From Sphyrna mokarran (taxonomy: Eukaryota), in contig JAGIQG010000007.1 in NCBI GenBank assembly GCA_024679065.1, positions 29,326,001-29,390,000 of the forward strand: 64,000 nucleotides of DNA, given 5' to 3'. The position numbers and the translations under genes were made by a program. Of this stretch, positions 25,225 to 39,294 are shown in pieces; positions within the stretch are counted from its first letter, which is position 1; the number at the start of each line of letters is the position of its first letter. The notes under the pieces are model-generated. The model did not search any database. It saw only the letters and a list, made by a program, of their open reading frames with translations, and was not told the DNA's origin.

Positions 25225-28050
25225 CTGAGGTCAAGAGACATTTCAAACTTAAAGGACTGAAAAAATATATTGGTATGATTAGAACAAGTCAACGTGGTTG
25301 TATGGAAATTCAGTTTGACAATATTATTATATTTTTTAAGAATGTAATGAATTAGTTAGATAAAAGGAAGCTAATAGATGTAGCACACCTGGCTTTCCAA
25401 AAGGTATTTGATATGGTGCTAACAAAAGATTAATAGGCAAGACAAGGGCTCATGGGGCTGGTCAATAGTGAGAAAATAAAAAGTGGGCACAAACTGGGGA
25501 TTTTTCAAGATTACAGACTGATTGGTGGATTACCACTAGGACCATCGCTGGCGCTGTAGCTGTTTATGATTTACATTACTAATTAAAAGACTGAGAATAA
25601 CACATCAATGTTTGCTGATGTTACAAAGGTGAAAAGATGAGCTGTGGGGAAGACAGAGCTGCTACAAAGAAATGCAGACCAGCAAAATGACTGGGCAATA
25701 AAATGCAGGATGTAGGAAAGTGTGAAGTTATTCATTTTGGCTGCAAAAGTTAAGTAGAATATTATTTAATTGATGTGAAACTTGTAAATGTTGATATTCA
25801 GAGAGACGGGTTTGCTCATACAAGGAACACAGAAAGTTAGCATGCAAATATGGTAATTATGGAGGCAATTGGCATATTGGCCTTTACTGAAAGGGGATTG
25901 GAGTACAGGAATACAGTATACAGGGTTTTAATGAGATTACATCTTGAATAACACTTGTGGTTTTGTTCTCCAAATTGAAGGATGGATACACTTACATGAG
26001 AGGCAGAACAGGAAAAGTCCACTAATCTTGTCCATGAGATGAGCAGGCTGTCCTATGATGAGAGACTAAGTAAAACAGACCTATATTTTCTGGTATTCAG
26101 AAGGATGAAAGGTGATGTCACTGAAGCATACAATACTCTGAAAGAGCTGGATAGAGGAGATGCTGAGAGATGTTTCTGATGTCAGGGAATTTAAAACACA
26201 GGGATAAGGAGGATGTGCTAGATATTCTTGAGGGTTTGAAGTTAGATAAGTCCCCTGGGCCAGACGGGATTTACCCTAGGATTCTCTGGGAAGCGAGAGA
26301 GGCGATTGCAGAGCCTCTGGCTCTGATCTTCAGGTCGTCGTTGGTTACGGGTATAGTGCCGAAAGACTGGAGGATAGCGAATGTGGTCCCATTGTTCAAG
26401 AAGGGGAATACAGACTTCCTGGGAATTATAGACCGATGAGTCTTACTTCTGTTATGGGCAAAGTATTGGAAAAAATTATTAGGGATAGGATTTATAGTTA
26501 TTTAGAGAGTAACGAATTGATTGGGGATAGTCAGCATGGTTTTGTGAAGGGTAGGTCGTGCCTTACTAACCTCATTGAGTTTTTTGAAAAAGTGACCAAA
26601 GAGGTGGATGGGAGTAAGGCAGTTGATGTGGTATATATGGACTTTAGTAAGGTGTTCGATAAGGTGCCCCATGGAAGGCTTCTGCAGAAAATGCAGATGT
26701 ATGGGATTGAGGGTGATTTAGCTAATTGGATTAAGAATTGGCTAGCAGATAGAAGACAGAGGGTGGTGGTTGATGGGAGATATTCATCGTGGAGTTCGGT
26801 TACAAGTGGTGTACCTCGGATCTGTTTTGGGGCCCCTGCTGTTTGTAATTTTTATAAATGATCTGGATGAGGGTATTGAAGGATGGATTAGTAAATTTGC
26901 GGATGACACCAAAATCGGAGGAGTGGTAGATAGTGAAGAGGGGTGTTATAGTTTGCAGAGAGACTTGGACAAGTTGCAGAGCTGGGTCGAGAGGTGGCAA
27001 ATGGAGTTTAATGCGGAAAAGTGTGAGGTAATTCACTTTGGCAGGAATAACAAATGTGTAGAGTATAGGGCTAATGGTAGAACTCTTAATAGTGTTGATG
27101 AACAGAGGGATCTTGGTGTATATGTGCATAGATCCCTGAAAGTTGGCAATCAAGTCGATAAGGTTGTTAAGAAGGCATATGGAGTCTTAGCTTTTATTGG
27201 TAGGGGGATTGAATTTCGGAGCCGCAACGTCATGTTGCAACTGTACAAAACTCTAGTGCGGCCGCACTTGGAGTATTGTGTACAGTTCTGGTCCCCGCAT
27301 TATAAGAAAGATGTGGAGCATTGGAGAGGGTACAGAGGAGGTTTACCAGGATGTTGCCTGGTATGGAGGGCAGGTCTTATGAAGAGAGGCTGAGGGATTT
27401 GAGGTTGTTTTCGTTAGAAAGGAGGCGGCTAAGAGGAGACCTTATTGAAACATATAAGATGATTAGAGGTTTAGATAGGGTGGACAGTGATAGCCTTTTT
27501 CCTAGGATGGAGAAAGCTAGCACGAGGGGACATAGCTTTAAATTAAGGGGTGATAGTTATAGGACGGATATCAGAGGTAGGTTCTTTACCCAGAGGGTGG
27601 TTAGGGAGTGGAATGCCCTGCCTGCGGCAGTTGTAGATGCGCCAAGTTTGGTGGCGTTTAAGAGGTTAGTAGATAAGTTTATGGATGAAAAGGGAATAGT
27701 TTAGGTTAGAGGGTCATTGCTTTTTCTTAATTGGGCGGCGCAACATCGAAGGCCGAAGGGCCTGTTCTGCGCTGTAATGTTCTATGTTCTAAAGTCTTAG
27801 GATAAGAGACCAATTATTTAGAATCGAGGGGAGGAGGAATTTCTTCACTCAAAAGTTTGAGAGTCTTTGAAACTTTCTTCTTCAGTGGGTTGAGAACTCT
27901 CTGGCATTGAATATTTGAGGCTTGGAGAAACAGATTTTGCTCTCTCAGGAAATCAAGAAATATGAGCAGCCAGTGGGAAAATAGACAACAAGAATACAAA
28001 AAAAAAGGAATAGACCAAATGACCAGTTGAGTCTGCTCTGCTGTTCAATA
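25225..28050 (+). mobile_element. Old CR1 (host) interrupted by a young CR1 at 26201-27790
   Basis: Decayed RT motifs (tttgctgatg..acaaag, aagtgtgaagttattcattttgg); the host resumes after 27791 (agtcttaggataagag...ttcttcactcaaa). Confidence 0.75.
26201..27790 (+). mobile_element. Young CR1 LINE (subfamily A), 5'-truncated, RT nearly intact with a few frameshifts
   Basis: Consecutive ORFs 26170-27704 (KSPGPDGIYPR, SQHGFVKGRSCLTNL, DFSK.FDKVPH, FADDTK, HLEYCVQFWSP); tail gttctatgttcta. Confidence 0.95.
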
Positions 28051-28364
28051 CAATCATGATCTTGAGTTTCATGTATTTTCCTCCATTCTGGGGTAGCTTA
28101 AGTGTGGACCTTAGATGAGGATCAATGTCATTAGGATCTTTAACTGAACCAGCGATGCAGGAAGGGCACCAGCAGAGATGAACAGGAGCACCAACAACAA
28201 CTTTCTCATCAAAGGCTTGTGGTTCCATAGAGAGAAAAAGGTGTGCAAAAGTTATCTGCATTGGATGTACTGACAGGGAATCATCGCCATAACACATCAG
28301 CTGTCGTTTTTGCAGTGGTTCTTTAAAGAGTTCAGTTGAAACAGATTCATCACACCTGCTTGTG

Positions 28365-28870
28365 CTATATATAGTCAGAGGTTTACAGCATGGAAACAGT
28401 GCTTTCAACTCAACTTGTCCATGCCGCTCTTTGTTTTGAAACCACCCTTGGCTCATATCCCTCTTAATCATGTAACTGTCTAAACTCTTTTTAGACAAAA
28501 TTGTATCTGCCTCTGTTACTACCTCTGGCAGCTTATTCCAAACTCACCACTGTGTGTGTGAAAGAATTGCCCTTCTGGACTCTCTTGTATTTCTCCCCTC
28601 TCACCTTAAACCTATGCCCTCTAGTTTTAAACTCCCCTAACTTTGGGAAAAGATATTGACTAGCTAGTTGATCTGTGCCCCTCATTATTTTATAGACCTC
28701 TATAAGATCACTCCTCAGCCTTCTGTGCTCCAGGAAAAAAAGTCTTAGTCTATGCAGCCTTTTATAACTTAGACCATCAAGTCCTGATAATAGCATCTTA
28801 ACAAATCTCTTCTGCAGTCTTAGTTTAATGATATCCTTTCTATAAATAGGGTGATCAGAATGGTCAGAAC
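28365..28870 (-). mobile_element. CR1 3' fragment
   Basis: ORF 28533-28952 LEHRRLRSDLIEVYKIMRG...TRGHRFKVRG. Confidence 0.85.
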
Positions 28871-28976
28871 ACCTAGCAGTCACATATAAAAGATCCTTCT
28901 GGAGAGTACCAGGATCTCGAATCATAAAAGGATTATGGCAAACATTCTTCACTTCATGTCAGTGCCAATTCTCTGC

Positions 28977-30620
28977 AAGAACATAGAACTTTACAGCGCA
29001 GTGCAGGCCCTTCCACCCTCAGTGTTGCACTGACCTGTGAAACCAATCTAAAGCCCATCTAACCTACACTATTCCAATATCACCCATATGTTTATCCAAT
29101 GACCATTTAAATGCCCTTAATACTGGCGAGTCCACTACTGTCGCAGGCAAGGCATTCCATGCCTTTACGAGTCTGAGTAAACAGCCTATCTCTGACATGT
29201 CATATATTGATCACTCCTTATTTTAAAGCTATGTTCCCAGTGCTAGCCATCTTCATTTGAAGAAAAAGGCTCTCACTGTCCACCTTATCTAATCCACTGA
29301 GCATCTTATATGTTCTATTAAGTCATCTCTTAACTTCCTCCTCTCTAATGAAAACAGCCTGAAGTCCCTCAGCCTGTCCTACCGTATCAGGCAACATCCT
29401 GGTAAAATCTCCTCTACACCTTTTCCAATGCTTCCACATCCTTTTTATAATGCAGCAACCAGAATGGTACGCAATACTCCAAGTACGGCCGCACCAGAGT
29501 TTTGTACAGCTGTAATATGACCTCATGGCTCTGAAATTCTATCCCTCTACCAATATACGCTGACACATTGTACGCCTTTTAACAACCCTATCAACCTGGA
29601 TGGCAACTTTCAGGGATCTATGCACATGGACACTGAGATCTCTCTGCTCATCCACACTATCAAGTGACTTACCATTGGCCTAGGACTCTGTATTCCTGTT
29701 ACTCCTTCCAAAGTGAATCACTTCACACTTTTCTGCACTAAAGTCCATTTGTCACCTTTTAGCCCCACTCTGCAGCTTACCTATATTCCTCTGTAAGCCG
29801 CAACATCCTTCCGCACTGTCCACAACTCCACCATCTTTAGTGTCATCCACAAATATACTGACTCTTCCTTCTACGCCCTCATCCAGATCATTTATAAAAC
29901 TGAAACAGCAGTAGCCCCAAAACAAATCCTTGTGGTACACTACTAGTAACTGAATTCCAGGATTAACATTTCCCATCAACCACCACCTCTATCTTCTTAC
30001 AGCTAGCCAATTTCTGTTCCAAACCGCTAAATCGCCCTCAATCCCGTGCCTCCATATCTTCTGCAAAAGCTTACCATGGGGAATCTTATCAAACGCTTTA
30101 CTGAAATCCATATATACCACATCAACTGCTTTACGTTCATCCAGCTCTTTGGTCACCTTCTCAAAGAACTCAATAAGATTTATGAAGCATGACCTACTCT
30201 TCATAAAACAGTGTTGACTACCTAAACAAATTATTCCTTTCCAAAACTTTGCCGGCAACAGAAATAAGATTCAATCGTCTATAATTACCAGGTTTGTCTC
30301 TATTCCCTTTCTTGAATAAGGGGACAACATTTGCTATCCTCCAGTCTTCTGGCACTATTCCTGTAGACAATGACAACCTAAAAATCAAAGCTGAAGGCTC
30401 AGCAATCTCCTCTCTAGCTTCCCAGAGAATCCTAGGATAAATCCATCCAGTCCAGCGAACTTATCTATTTTCATACTTTCCAGGATTGCTAACACCTCCT
30501 CCTTATGAAACTCAATCCCATCTAGTCTAAGCCTGCATCTCAGTATTCTCCTCAACAACATTTTTCATTAATATTTACACAGGAAAAAGACATTCATTTA
30601 GCACCTTCTCTATCTCTTCG
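28977..30620 (-). mobile_element. 5'-truncated CR1 LINE
   Basis: ORFs 29323-30258 (VDVVYMDFSKAFDKIPH, FINDLDEG); agaacatagaac tail. Confidence 0.92.
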
Positions 30621-30672
30621 GAATTAACTAGTTCTATTGCTCTCATTTCCCATAACTCTGCAAAAGTTTCTT

Positions 30673-30771
30673 GTGATGTGGAGGTGCTGGCATTGGACTG
30701 AGCTAAACATAGTAAGTCTCACAACACCAGGTTAAAGTCCAACTTTAACCTATTGTTGTGAGACTTCTTAC
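30673..30771. mobile_element. Short PLE-derived fold-back element
   Basis: 10-bp TSD aaagtttctt (30663-30672, 30772-30781). Hairpin agtctcacaacaccaggttaaag-tccaa-ctttaacctattgttgtgagact; same terminus as the 46964 and 53148 elements. Confidence 0.7.
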
Positions 30772-31639
30772 AAAGTTTCTTTCTTCAGAGACTTATTGAA
30801 CTTCTCTTTGAAAGGCACAATTGAATCTATTGCCACCACACGCTCTATCAGTACATTCAAATTCTAATCACAACATGTAAAAAACCCTTTTCCTCATGTC
30901 ACCTTTGATTCTTTTTCCATTCAGCTTGGTGTTCTCTAATTCCTAGTCTTAGTCAATGGTAGTAGTTTTTCCCTAGCTGTGCTGTTTGCACCTGTCATGA
31001 TAACCAAGAGAAAAATTAAATAATACCTCGAAGGTTATAAATTTCTGGATATTACCCAAGTCACATGAAAAGTAGTACAGGCATAAGCATATTAGGAAGG
31101 TGAACAAGTGATTGAAGGAATGGTGAGGGAAAGAGGATGTCGTTTCATGCGATTCTGGCATCAATTTCAGGGGAAGGTGGTACAATACCATTGGAACTGG
31201 TTGCAAACTGGGCCAAGGATCAGACAGTCACAAAGATTTTGAATGAGGAAATAGGTAATGGCTCAAGTGAAAATTAGTAGCATAAAAAACAGTTCACAAA
31301 CAAACGAATCAGTGGAGTAACATAGAAATTGTGCTAAAGGACACTGGAATAAAAAAGAATAATTAAAAGATATGAAATAACTAAACAAGAAAGAAATAAC
31401 AAACAGAAGTAAACTATTAGAATGGAAGACCAGATTAGGATGTGTGACCTAAGTGAGTATTCTTGAACAAATTCAATGAATTTCAGATGCAAATTCAAAT
31501 TGGAAAGCATGACATCATACAGAACAGAATTTTTGAACTGTGCCAAAGATGGGGCAGGAGCAGGGGAAGAGGTGGAAAATTCCTGGCTTGTCCACACCAC
31601 TGGCCTACACAGGAACATACCAGTCTGTTTTGGCATTCA

Positions 31640-33560
31640 GTAAGATCATGGATTGATTGGGTGTGGTCTCAATTTTACTTCCCTGTCTGCTCACATAACC
31701 CATGGCTTCCCTGACTGTCAAACATCTGGCTAACTTTGCCCTGATTAGGTTCAAATGGTCCAGTCTCCATTGCATTCTGGCGAAGAGAATTCTATAGGCT
31801 CATGCCCTCAGAAAACATTTCCTCCATCTTAATCTTAAGGAGGGAGACCTCTTATTTTACTCAAGTATGTATACAAGTTCCAGTCTCCCCCACAAATAGA
31901 ACATAGAACACTACAGCACAAACAGGTCCTTCGGTCCACGAGTTGCGCCGATCACATCTATACCTACCAATATCTATAACCCCCTATCCCATTAGTTCCC
32001 ATATATTCATCCAGAAGTCTTTTAAAAGACCCCAGCGAGTTCGCCTCTACCACCACCGACGGCAGCCGATGCCATTCACTCACCACCCTCAGTGAAAAAC
32101 TTACCCCTAACATCCCCTCTGTATTTGCTTCCCTGCACCTTAAATCTGTGTCCTCTTGTAGCGACCATTTCAGCCCGGGGAAATAGCCTCTGAAAATCCA
32201 CCCTATCTATTCCTCTCAACATTTTATAAACTTCTATCAGGTCGCCTCTCAACCTACGTCTCTCCAGGGAGAAGAGTCCCAGCTCCCTCAACCTATTTCA
32301 TAAGGCATGCCTTCCAATCCAGGCAACATCCTTGTAAATCTCCTCTGCACTCTTTCAATAGCTTCCACATCCTTCCTATAGTGAGGCGACCAGAACTGCA
32401 CACAGTATTCCAAATGGTGTCTGACAAGGGTGTTATAAAGCTGCATCATTACCTCCCGACTTCTAAACTCAATCCCTCAATTAATGAAGGCAAATGGAAA
32501 AATCCTCTCAATAACTACATGGTCAAATCCTCTCAGGATCTCATATTTCAATAAGATCACATCTCACTTGTGTAAACTACATAGGATTATTCCAGGGATG
32601 AGTTGAGTGGGGAGGTGATAACCTAGTGGTATTATCATGAATTATTAATCCAGAAACTCTGCTAACGTTCTGGAGACCCAGGTTTGAATTCTGCCATGGC
32701 AGATAAAAAAAAAACTGATGACCCTGAAACCACTATTGATCGTCAGGAAAAATTGATCTGGTTCATTAATGTCCTTCAGGGGAGGAAATCTGCTGTCCTT
32801 ACTAGTCTGGTTTACATGTGACTCTAAAGCTACTGCAATGTGGTTGATTCTCAACTGCCCTTGGGCAACTAGGGATGGACAAATAAATATTGGCCCAGCC
32901 AGTGACACCCATGTCCCACAGATGAATAAGGAATTCAAAAAAAAGTCTCCATACTGCTTCTAATGCAATTACATCCTTTTAGAAATGAGATCAAAACTGT
33001 ACACAGCATTCTAGATATGGACCCACCAATGCCTTGTAGAGTTTCAGTAAAATTTCCCAACTTTTGTTTTCTAGTTGCCATAAACACCATTCCATTTGTC
33101 TTTCTAGTTATTTGCTGTACCGACATACTAATCTTTGTGTTTCATGTCCCAGGGCACCTGATCCCTCTGTATCAGTGTTCTGCCTTCTCTCTCTCCATTT
33201 AAATGGGTGACTGCTTTTTCATTTTTCCTGCTAAAATAAACTCAAATTATCCTACATTATATTCCACCTGCCAAATGTTTTATCCGCTCACTTAAATTTC
33301 TACATCCCTTCACAGAATCTCCACTTTTTTTCCACAAGTTGCCTTCCTACCTACCTTAGTGTCACTGACACATTTGGCTGGAGCCTCATCCAAATCATTT
33401 ACGCAGACTGTAAATAGCTGAGGTCCCAGCACTAATCCCTGTGGCACTTCACTAGTTACAACCTACCAACCCAAAAACAATCTATTTATCCCTAATCTCT
33501 GATTACTAATGGCTTAGCGGTCCTTTTATCCATGCTAACACATTACCTTCTACATTATTT
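31640..33560 (-). mobile_element. Old CR1 host containing a younger CR1 (31895-32492, -) and a SINE (32608-32944, +)
   Basis: Decayed CR1 RT and tail sequence on both sides; nested ORF 32076-32291 LGLFSLERRRLRGDLIEVYK. Confidence 0.75.
32608..32944 (+). mobile_element. Full-length shark tRNA-derived SINE
   Basis: A-box-like tagtggtatt, B-box-like ggtttgaattc, A-rich 3' end; other copies in the window. Confidence 0.7.
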
Positions 33561-34434
33561 AGCAGAGGAGGTTTGAAAGGCATGATGGCCACTTGCTCAC
33601 CAGTGGTGCTTGGCCTATGTAGGCAATAATGGGACCTATGAGGCCAAAGTCCTGAAGAAAACTGATATCCTGGCTAATGGGCACATCAATGTCCAATACA
33701 CCCGCATCATTTTAAACTGCACTCTCAGCAGCTGATATACCAAGTTGAGTCCAGCTGCAGCCATAGTTTGTCCTGTGCAACAACTCCTTCCTCCACAATG
33801 GCAATCAAGTAGCTTTGCCCACTTCTTGCTTTTGAAATGATTTCACAGGGCCTTCACTTTGAACCCCTCTTTCACCTAACTACGTTGGCAGCTCCCACCT
33901 TGGAATGTGGGGCTGCCAACATGTCAGCGCAGGAAGGCTTTCTGTGAGCCCTCCAATCTCAGGAGTCTCAGCCACCAAATCAAAAATCATCTTCTGGACC
34001 TTGCTGTCAGAATGTATGGTTCTTGACCTGCATATCTTTCCTTAAGCAAGATTAGGACCTTGAACAGAAATTCAGACCATGGTTGCAGAACAGCCAGGAC
34101 TGGAACTAAATATTACAGATTTTAAAGTCTACAGAAATGATAGGAAAAATGATGGTGGCAGAGGAATAGCCTTAGTCATTAATGATGAAATCACTTCAAT
34201 GTTAGGAGCACATATTGAGATAAACAGGCAATAGGTACTTTTGCAGATGATTAAGAAATATTAAAAGATTAAGGACTGTGTAAGATTAAGTTCCTCTGAT
34301 AGTAACTGCAAAGTGGTAATTGTATAGATTCAGAAATTAGACAAGGAAACAGCAAAGGCAAGGGGGTTGGAGTAGAAAATTTTAATTTCAATTTTGATAG
34401 GGACTAGCAATCTAGCACATGGCAGAAAATTAAG

Positions 34435-35130
34435 ATGGTAAGATAATAGGAGCAGAATTAGGCCATTTGGCTTACTGAATCTGCTCCGCCATTCAATTAT
34501 GGTTGATAAGTTTCTCAATCTCATTTTTCTCAACACCCGCCCCCCACGCCCCCCGTCCACACACAAAACCCTTGATCCTTTTACCAATCAAGAAGCTATT
34601 TCTGTCTTAAATGTACTCTCAATGACCTGACCTTCACAGCCTTCTCTGGCAATGAATTCCGTAGATTTACCACCTTCCGAAGAAAATCCTCCTCTTCCCA
34701 GTTTTAAAGGGTCATCCCTTTACTGAGGCTGTGCCCTCGGGTCCTAGTCTCTCCCACTAATGGGAACATCTTCCCCACCTCCACTCTATCCAGGCCTTTA
34801 ACTATTCTATAAGTTTCAATGAATTCCCCCCTCATCCTTCTAAGCTCCATTGAGTATAGGCCCAGAGTTCTCAAATGCTCTTCGTACATCGAGCTTTTTG
34901 TTTCAGGGATCATTCTCACGAACCTTCGCTGGACCCTCTCCAAGATCAGTATATCCTTTTTCAGATATGGGACCCAAAATTGCTCGCAATCTTCCATGTG
35001 GTCTCACCAGAACCTGAGAATCCTAAACTATGACTATCACGAATCCTTTTGCACTTCTGAATTCTCTCCCCATTTAGAAAAAACTCTACATCTTTATTCT
35101 TCCTACCAAAATGCATAACTTCACACTTTA
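34435..35130 (-). mobile_element. CR1 3' fragment
   Basis: ORF 34704-34997 QFWVPYLKKDILILERVQRRF...TRGHSL. Confidence 0.85.
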
Positions 35131-37044
35131 GTTAATATCTGGTGTCAGACCAGGGGGCTGGTGCTCCAGGTTAAGGTCCTCCTCACCTGTCTGTTTGCAG
35201 TTGTAGTCACAGGTCAGCCATAATTGGTGGCCTTGTTGCTGATTCTATTTTTTAATTTAGTTAAAAAAAAATGTAGAGAAGCATCTCAAGAAGAACTGTA
35301 CTTTTTCTCATCTTAAATGGCATACTGCTGCTTCTTTCCAGGGATCTTCTATTGCTCCACCAGCTTTGAAAACATGGTTTGCTGTCCGTAATTGGATAGC
35401 AAGCCTGACCCAAGACCAGTAGCTAGTCAATTCAGAGGAAGTGACTGCTGGATGACTTTTTCCACCATACCTCCTGCCTCCTGCTCACAGTACAGATTTG
35501 AGATAGATCTTCGTCAGGTGTCAATCCAAACTCTTGCCCTATGTTTTCTGATTTAGGCAAGGCTGAATGCAATACAATGGCACATACGATTGCCATCAAT
35601 AGCAATTCTTATTAAATGGCAAAAGGTCAATTGGCCAAAATAAACAAACTTCCATAAACATCTAAAGAGGTAACATAAAACTAAAAGAAAAATGATTTAA
35701 AAAGGTGTAGATCCTGTCAAGTCAGGAAGATACAAATAACAAATCTCATGCATGTAATTTTTTTTTGGTTTAAAATACAATTTACAGATCTCAAGAAGCC
35801 ACATAGCAGAAGCAATAACCCGGCCTACATAAACTATTGAGTGAAGACAATGGAACCAACAGTTTGACTAACTGTACACTACATGGTACTTGTATTTGGC
35901 CTTATAAAATAGACAAATAAGAAACTGAATTGAAAATACTTTAATCTTTTGGATAATGTGTTTAAGTCCTGCAATTTGATGAGTCCAGGATAATGCACGC
36001 TCAACTATACAAACTACTTGAAATTTTCATTCATCACTAAGAATTAGAATGCACTTTAATTTCTAAATTAGGAGCAGCGCTTAATTAATAGTGTAGCTCA
36101 TCAATTTCAATGGAAGCAAAATTGGGTGAGGTACAGCATAAATGACTAATCTGTTGCCTTCAATTACTTACCAAGCACAACAATACAAATGGACTGTAAT
36201 GTCTTGTACGCATCCAGCATAGTTTAATTTTTGAGATTTGAATTGATATAAAATATTTGCATATTAGGTATTCACAGTTAATCAGTTCCAAAATACTACT
36301 GCAGAATTACTGGAGCAGAAACCTTTGGGAGATAGAACTCTCAGTCTTAACCTAACAATAAATAGATTATTTGCATTACATGATGGTATTGCTGACCAAG
36401 CATTCAGTGCAAATAAAACTCCAGATATCTTACAAGGTATTGTCAACAATCCTCTTTCGCTAGCATGCTTATTTTTTGCAGCATCTGTTAAAAGCATGAA
36501 TGGGTGACTGTAAGTACCTCTGTATTCAGCCCAGCACTATTAAGCAGATGGTCCTGCTATACCCAAATTATGTACATCTCCCAAGTGCTCTGCATTTTGA
36601 TAATATAGATATTTCAAAATTCCTCTGCGACTGATGATTCATCTTTGCTCTAGAGTATTTAGAAAAGTTTGCATGCCAGACACTACTAACAACACTCTAC
36701 TTTCTCTTGCATATAAACATGTGAAAATGAAGACCTAGTCTACAAATGTTTTGTTAATATAACAAAGTAACATGTGGTGATAGCTTGACTGTTTTTAATG
36801 CATTGCATGTTATTAAACATCAAAACTCTACTTTTCTAAATAATCGCTTTCTCAGAATCCTGTCTCCAGTGAAACTGATTTCATCTAACTCAAGCCGACA
36901 AATATAAATCTCAATGTTACAAGAAACAGATAACTCTGTTCTCCAAAGGAGAACATAGATATAGAATTCAGGAAAAGGACAGTGAGGTTCTTGAATAGTT
37001 GGCATAGGAAGTGAGGAGGTTTTTTTAAAAAAGAGTTTGTAGTT

Positions 37045-37308
37045 ACAATTTAAAGTTTGTTTATTAGTGTCACTAACATTGCAATGAAGTTACTGTGTAA
37101 ATTCCCGAATCGCCACACTCTAGCACCTGTTTGGGTACACCAAGGGAGGATTTAGCATGGTCAATGCAGCTAACATCTTTTTGGACTTGGGAAGAAACTG
37201 GAACACTAGGAGGAAACCCACGCACACACGGGGAGAATGTGCATACTCTGCACAGAATCAAATCCGGGAATCAAATCAGTGCTAACCACTGTACCATCTT
37301 GCTGCCCA
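37045..37308 (-). mobile_element. V-SINE with non-CR1 tail (cacagtaacttcattgca...taataaa)
   Basis: Antisense V-domain ggaggaaacccacgcacacacggggagaatgtgca; head gtgctaaccactgtaccatcttgctgccc. Confidence 0.8.
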
Positions 37309-37507
37309 TTGGAGGTTTTAAGGGGCTTAGAAATGGACAAATTCCCAGGCCCAGATCAGCTGCATCCCAGAGGACTAGACAACAGCTAATGTGTTTCCAC
37401 TTCTCATCCAACAGAGATGGCAGTGGAGTATTCTGGGAGAAGTCAGCTCACTGATGGGTGAGTAGTGGCAGGATCCCTCTAATGATAAACAGGAGGAACA
37501 GCATCGA

Positions 37508-37795
37508 ACACAGGTGGTATGGTGGCACATTGGCTGTCTCATAGTGCCAAGGACCTGGGTCCGATTCCCCACTTGGGTCACTGCCTGTATGGAGTCTACA
37601 CAATCTCCCCATGTCTATGTGGGTTTACTGCAGCTGCTCTGGTTTCCTCTCAGTCCCAAATACGTGCTGATTAGGTGCATTAGCCATGCTAAATTCTCTG
37701 TGTACTCGAGCAGGTGCTGGAGTGTGGCGACTTGGGGATTTTCACAGTAACTTCACTGTAGTGTTAACGTAAGGCTATTTGTGATATTAATAACT
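37508..37795 (+). mobile_element. V-SINE, same subfamily as 37045-37308, head-to-head with it
   Basis: ggtggtatggtggcaca...ggtttcctctcagtcccaaa...ggattttcacagtaacttca. Confidence 0.78.
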
Positions 37796-39294
37796 AAACA
37801 ACAACAGCAGAGAATTCTGGGGGAAGTCAGTTCAGTTACCTCAACTGAAGCGGCTAAAGAACACCTCCAGTGATAAACAGGAGGAATAGTACCCAACAGC
37901 TCTTCTATAAACATTAATATTCTGTGATGTAAAGATTCCAGAGCGACAAAGAGTAGAGGCCTCAATGATTGCCATATTTTGAAATAGTGCAGATGCTGTG
38001 TAGAGGTATTAATATAATGGGAGAATTAAGGACAGGCAGAATGCGAATGAAAACACTGTTGGCAGTTATGGTTATTAAAGCAGAAGACAAAACCGAAACA
38101 AAAATAATAGGGTAAATAGCTGTTTTGGGTATGATTTACGACAAACTTTTCAGCTCAGAAGGCAAGATCCTTGAAATGACACATGTCATAGAGAATAATG
38201 ATGCAACAGATCAAACTATTGGTCAAAAGGAATTTTAGTCCTGTGATGAATGTATTAGAAACAGATTCCTTTAACTGTCATTAGATCATACTTCACAAGT
38301 ATGTGAAAAGGAATACAAAAGTACTTTAGGTTTAGTGATGACAGTTCATTGATGTCACAAAAGAGAGCAATAATTCCATGGAGAATTGCTAAAGCAAAAT
38401 ATTTTAAGTAATAATGCAGTCTCTAATCAGTAAAAACAAAAATCCATGAAAAGGCAAAAATAAAATTTAGAGTGCCTGGTAAGGAAAATAGTTTTGGAAA
38501 GTGAGTTGATGTGCAGTTTACTGAGTCAGGACATTAATATCTTCCTTTAACAAATCCTCGTTTAACATAGGTTAGACATATAACATGTATCAATAGCATC
38601 AAGTGACGGAAGTAAGACTGATCTGAAATAATAATCCTCTTTGTTGATTAAATCAGAGAAAAAAATTGTCAGGGTAACACACAGTCAAAGCTCAAAAATC
38701 ATACTAACAGATGTAGGTGTGGTTAATAAAGACTATACAAGGCTAACATAAGAGATCATGCAATGCAATAAAGTTGTAAAATGTATTGGAGGATCCTACC
38801 ATGTTTTACTGCAAGTTTTCTGTAGACACATGGTGACTGTCAGATTTAAAGCAATGGGAGTAAGACCTGGCAGCCAGGAAGAAAACTTGCTTCTGATGAA
38901 TTCAGAAACATATGAAAACATGAACTTCATGGTTACGAAACACTGTTTTAGCAAAAGACTGAAAGAAATCATGTGGTGATTGATGAAATGTGTAAAATTT
39001 AATCTGATCAACCAGACATCATGTTGATGAGCATTCACTATTCATGCAAAGAATTCATTCCAGATGCTTGAATATCATCGCTATCAAACAGTTAATGGGC
39101 AAAAGCCTAGACTGCCTCAATGCTGCATAGTAGTCATCCTGCTCTAAAAAGTATTACAATTCAGTTCTGTTTTTCTGCACGTTTGAAAGATTTACATGCA
39201 AGTAGATGGGTGATAAGACTGAAGTGTCTGAAAAAATCCAGAGAACACTAGCAGCTTTAGGATACATTAGCAGCTTTTGTCTACTTTAGGATAC

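Noticed and set aside
26170-27704. Long RT-like ORFs (also 40516-41256, 50375-51076, 58384-59437) as host genes or a novel RT system
   Set aside because: They are 5'-truncated, mostly frameshifted CR1 ORF2 copies with LINE tails and, in some cases, TSDs.
27953-28498. 181-aa minus-strand ORF
   Set aside because: It runs across CR1 tail fragments and unique sequence, with no recognisable domain or splice support.
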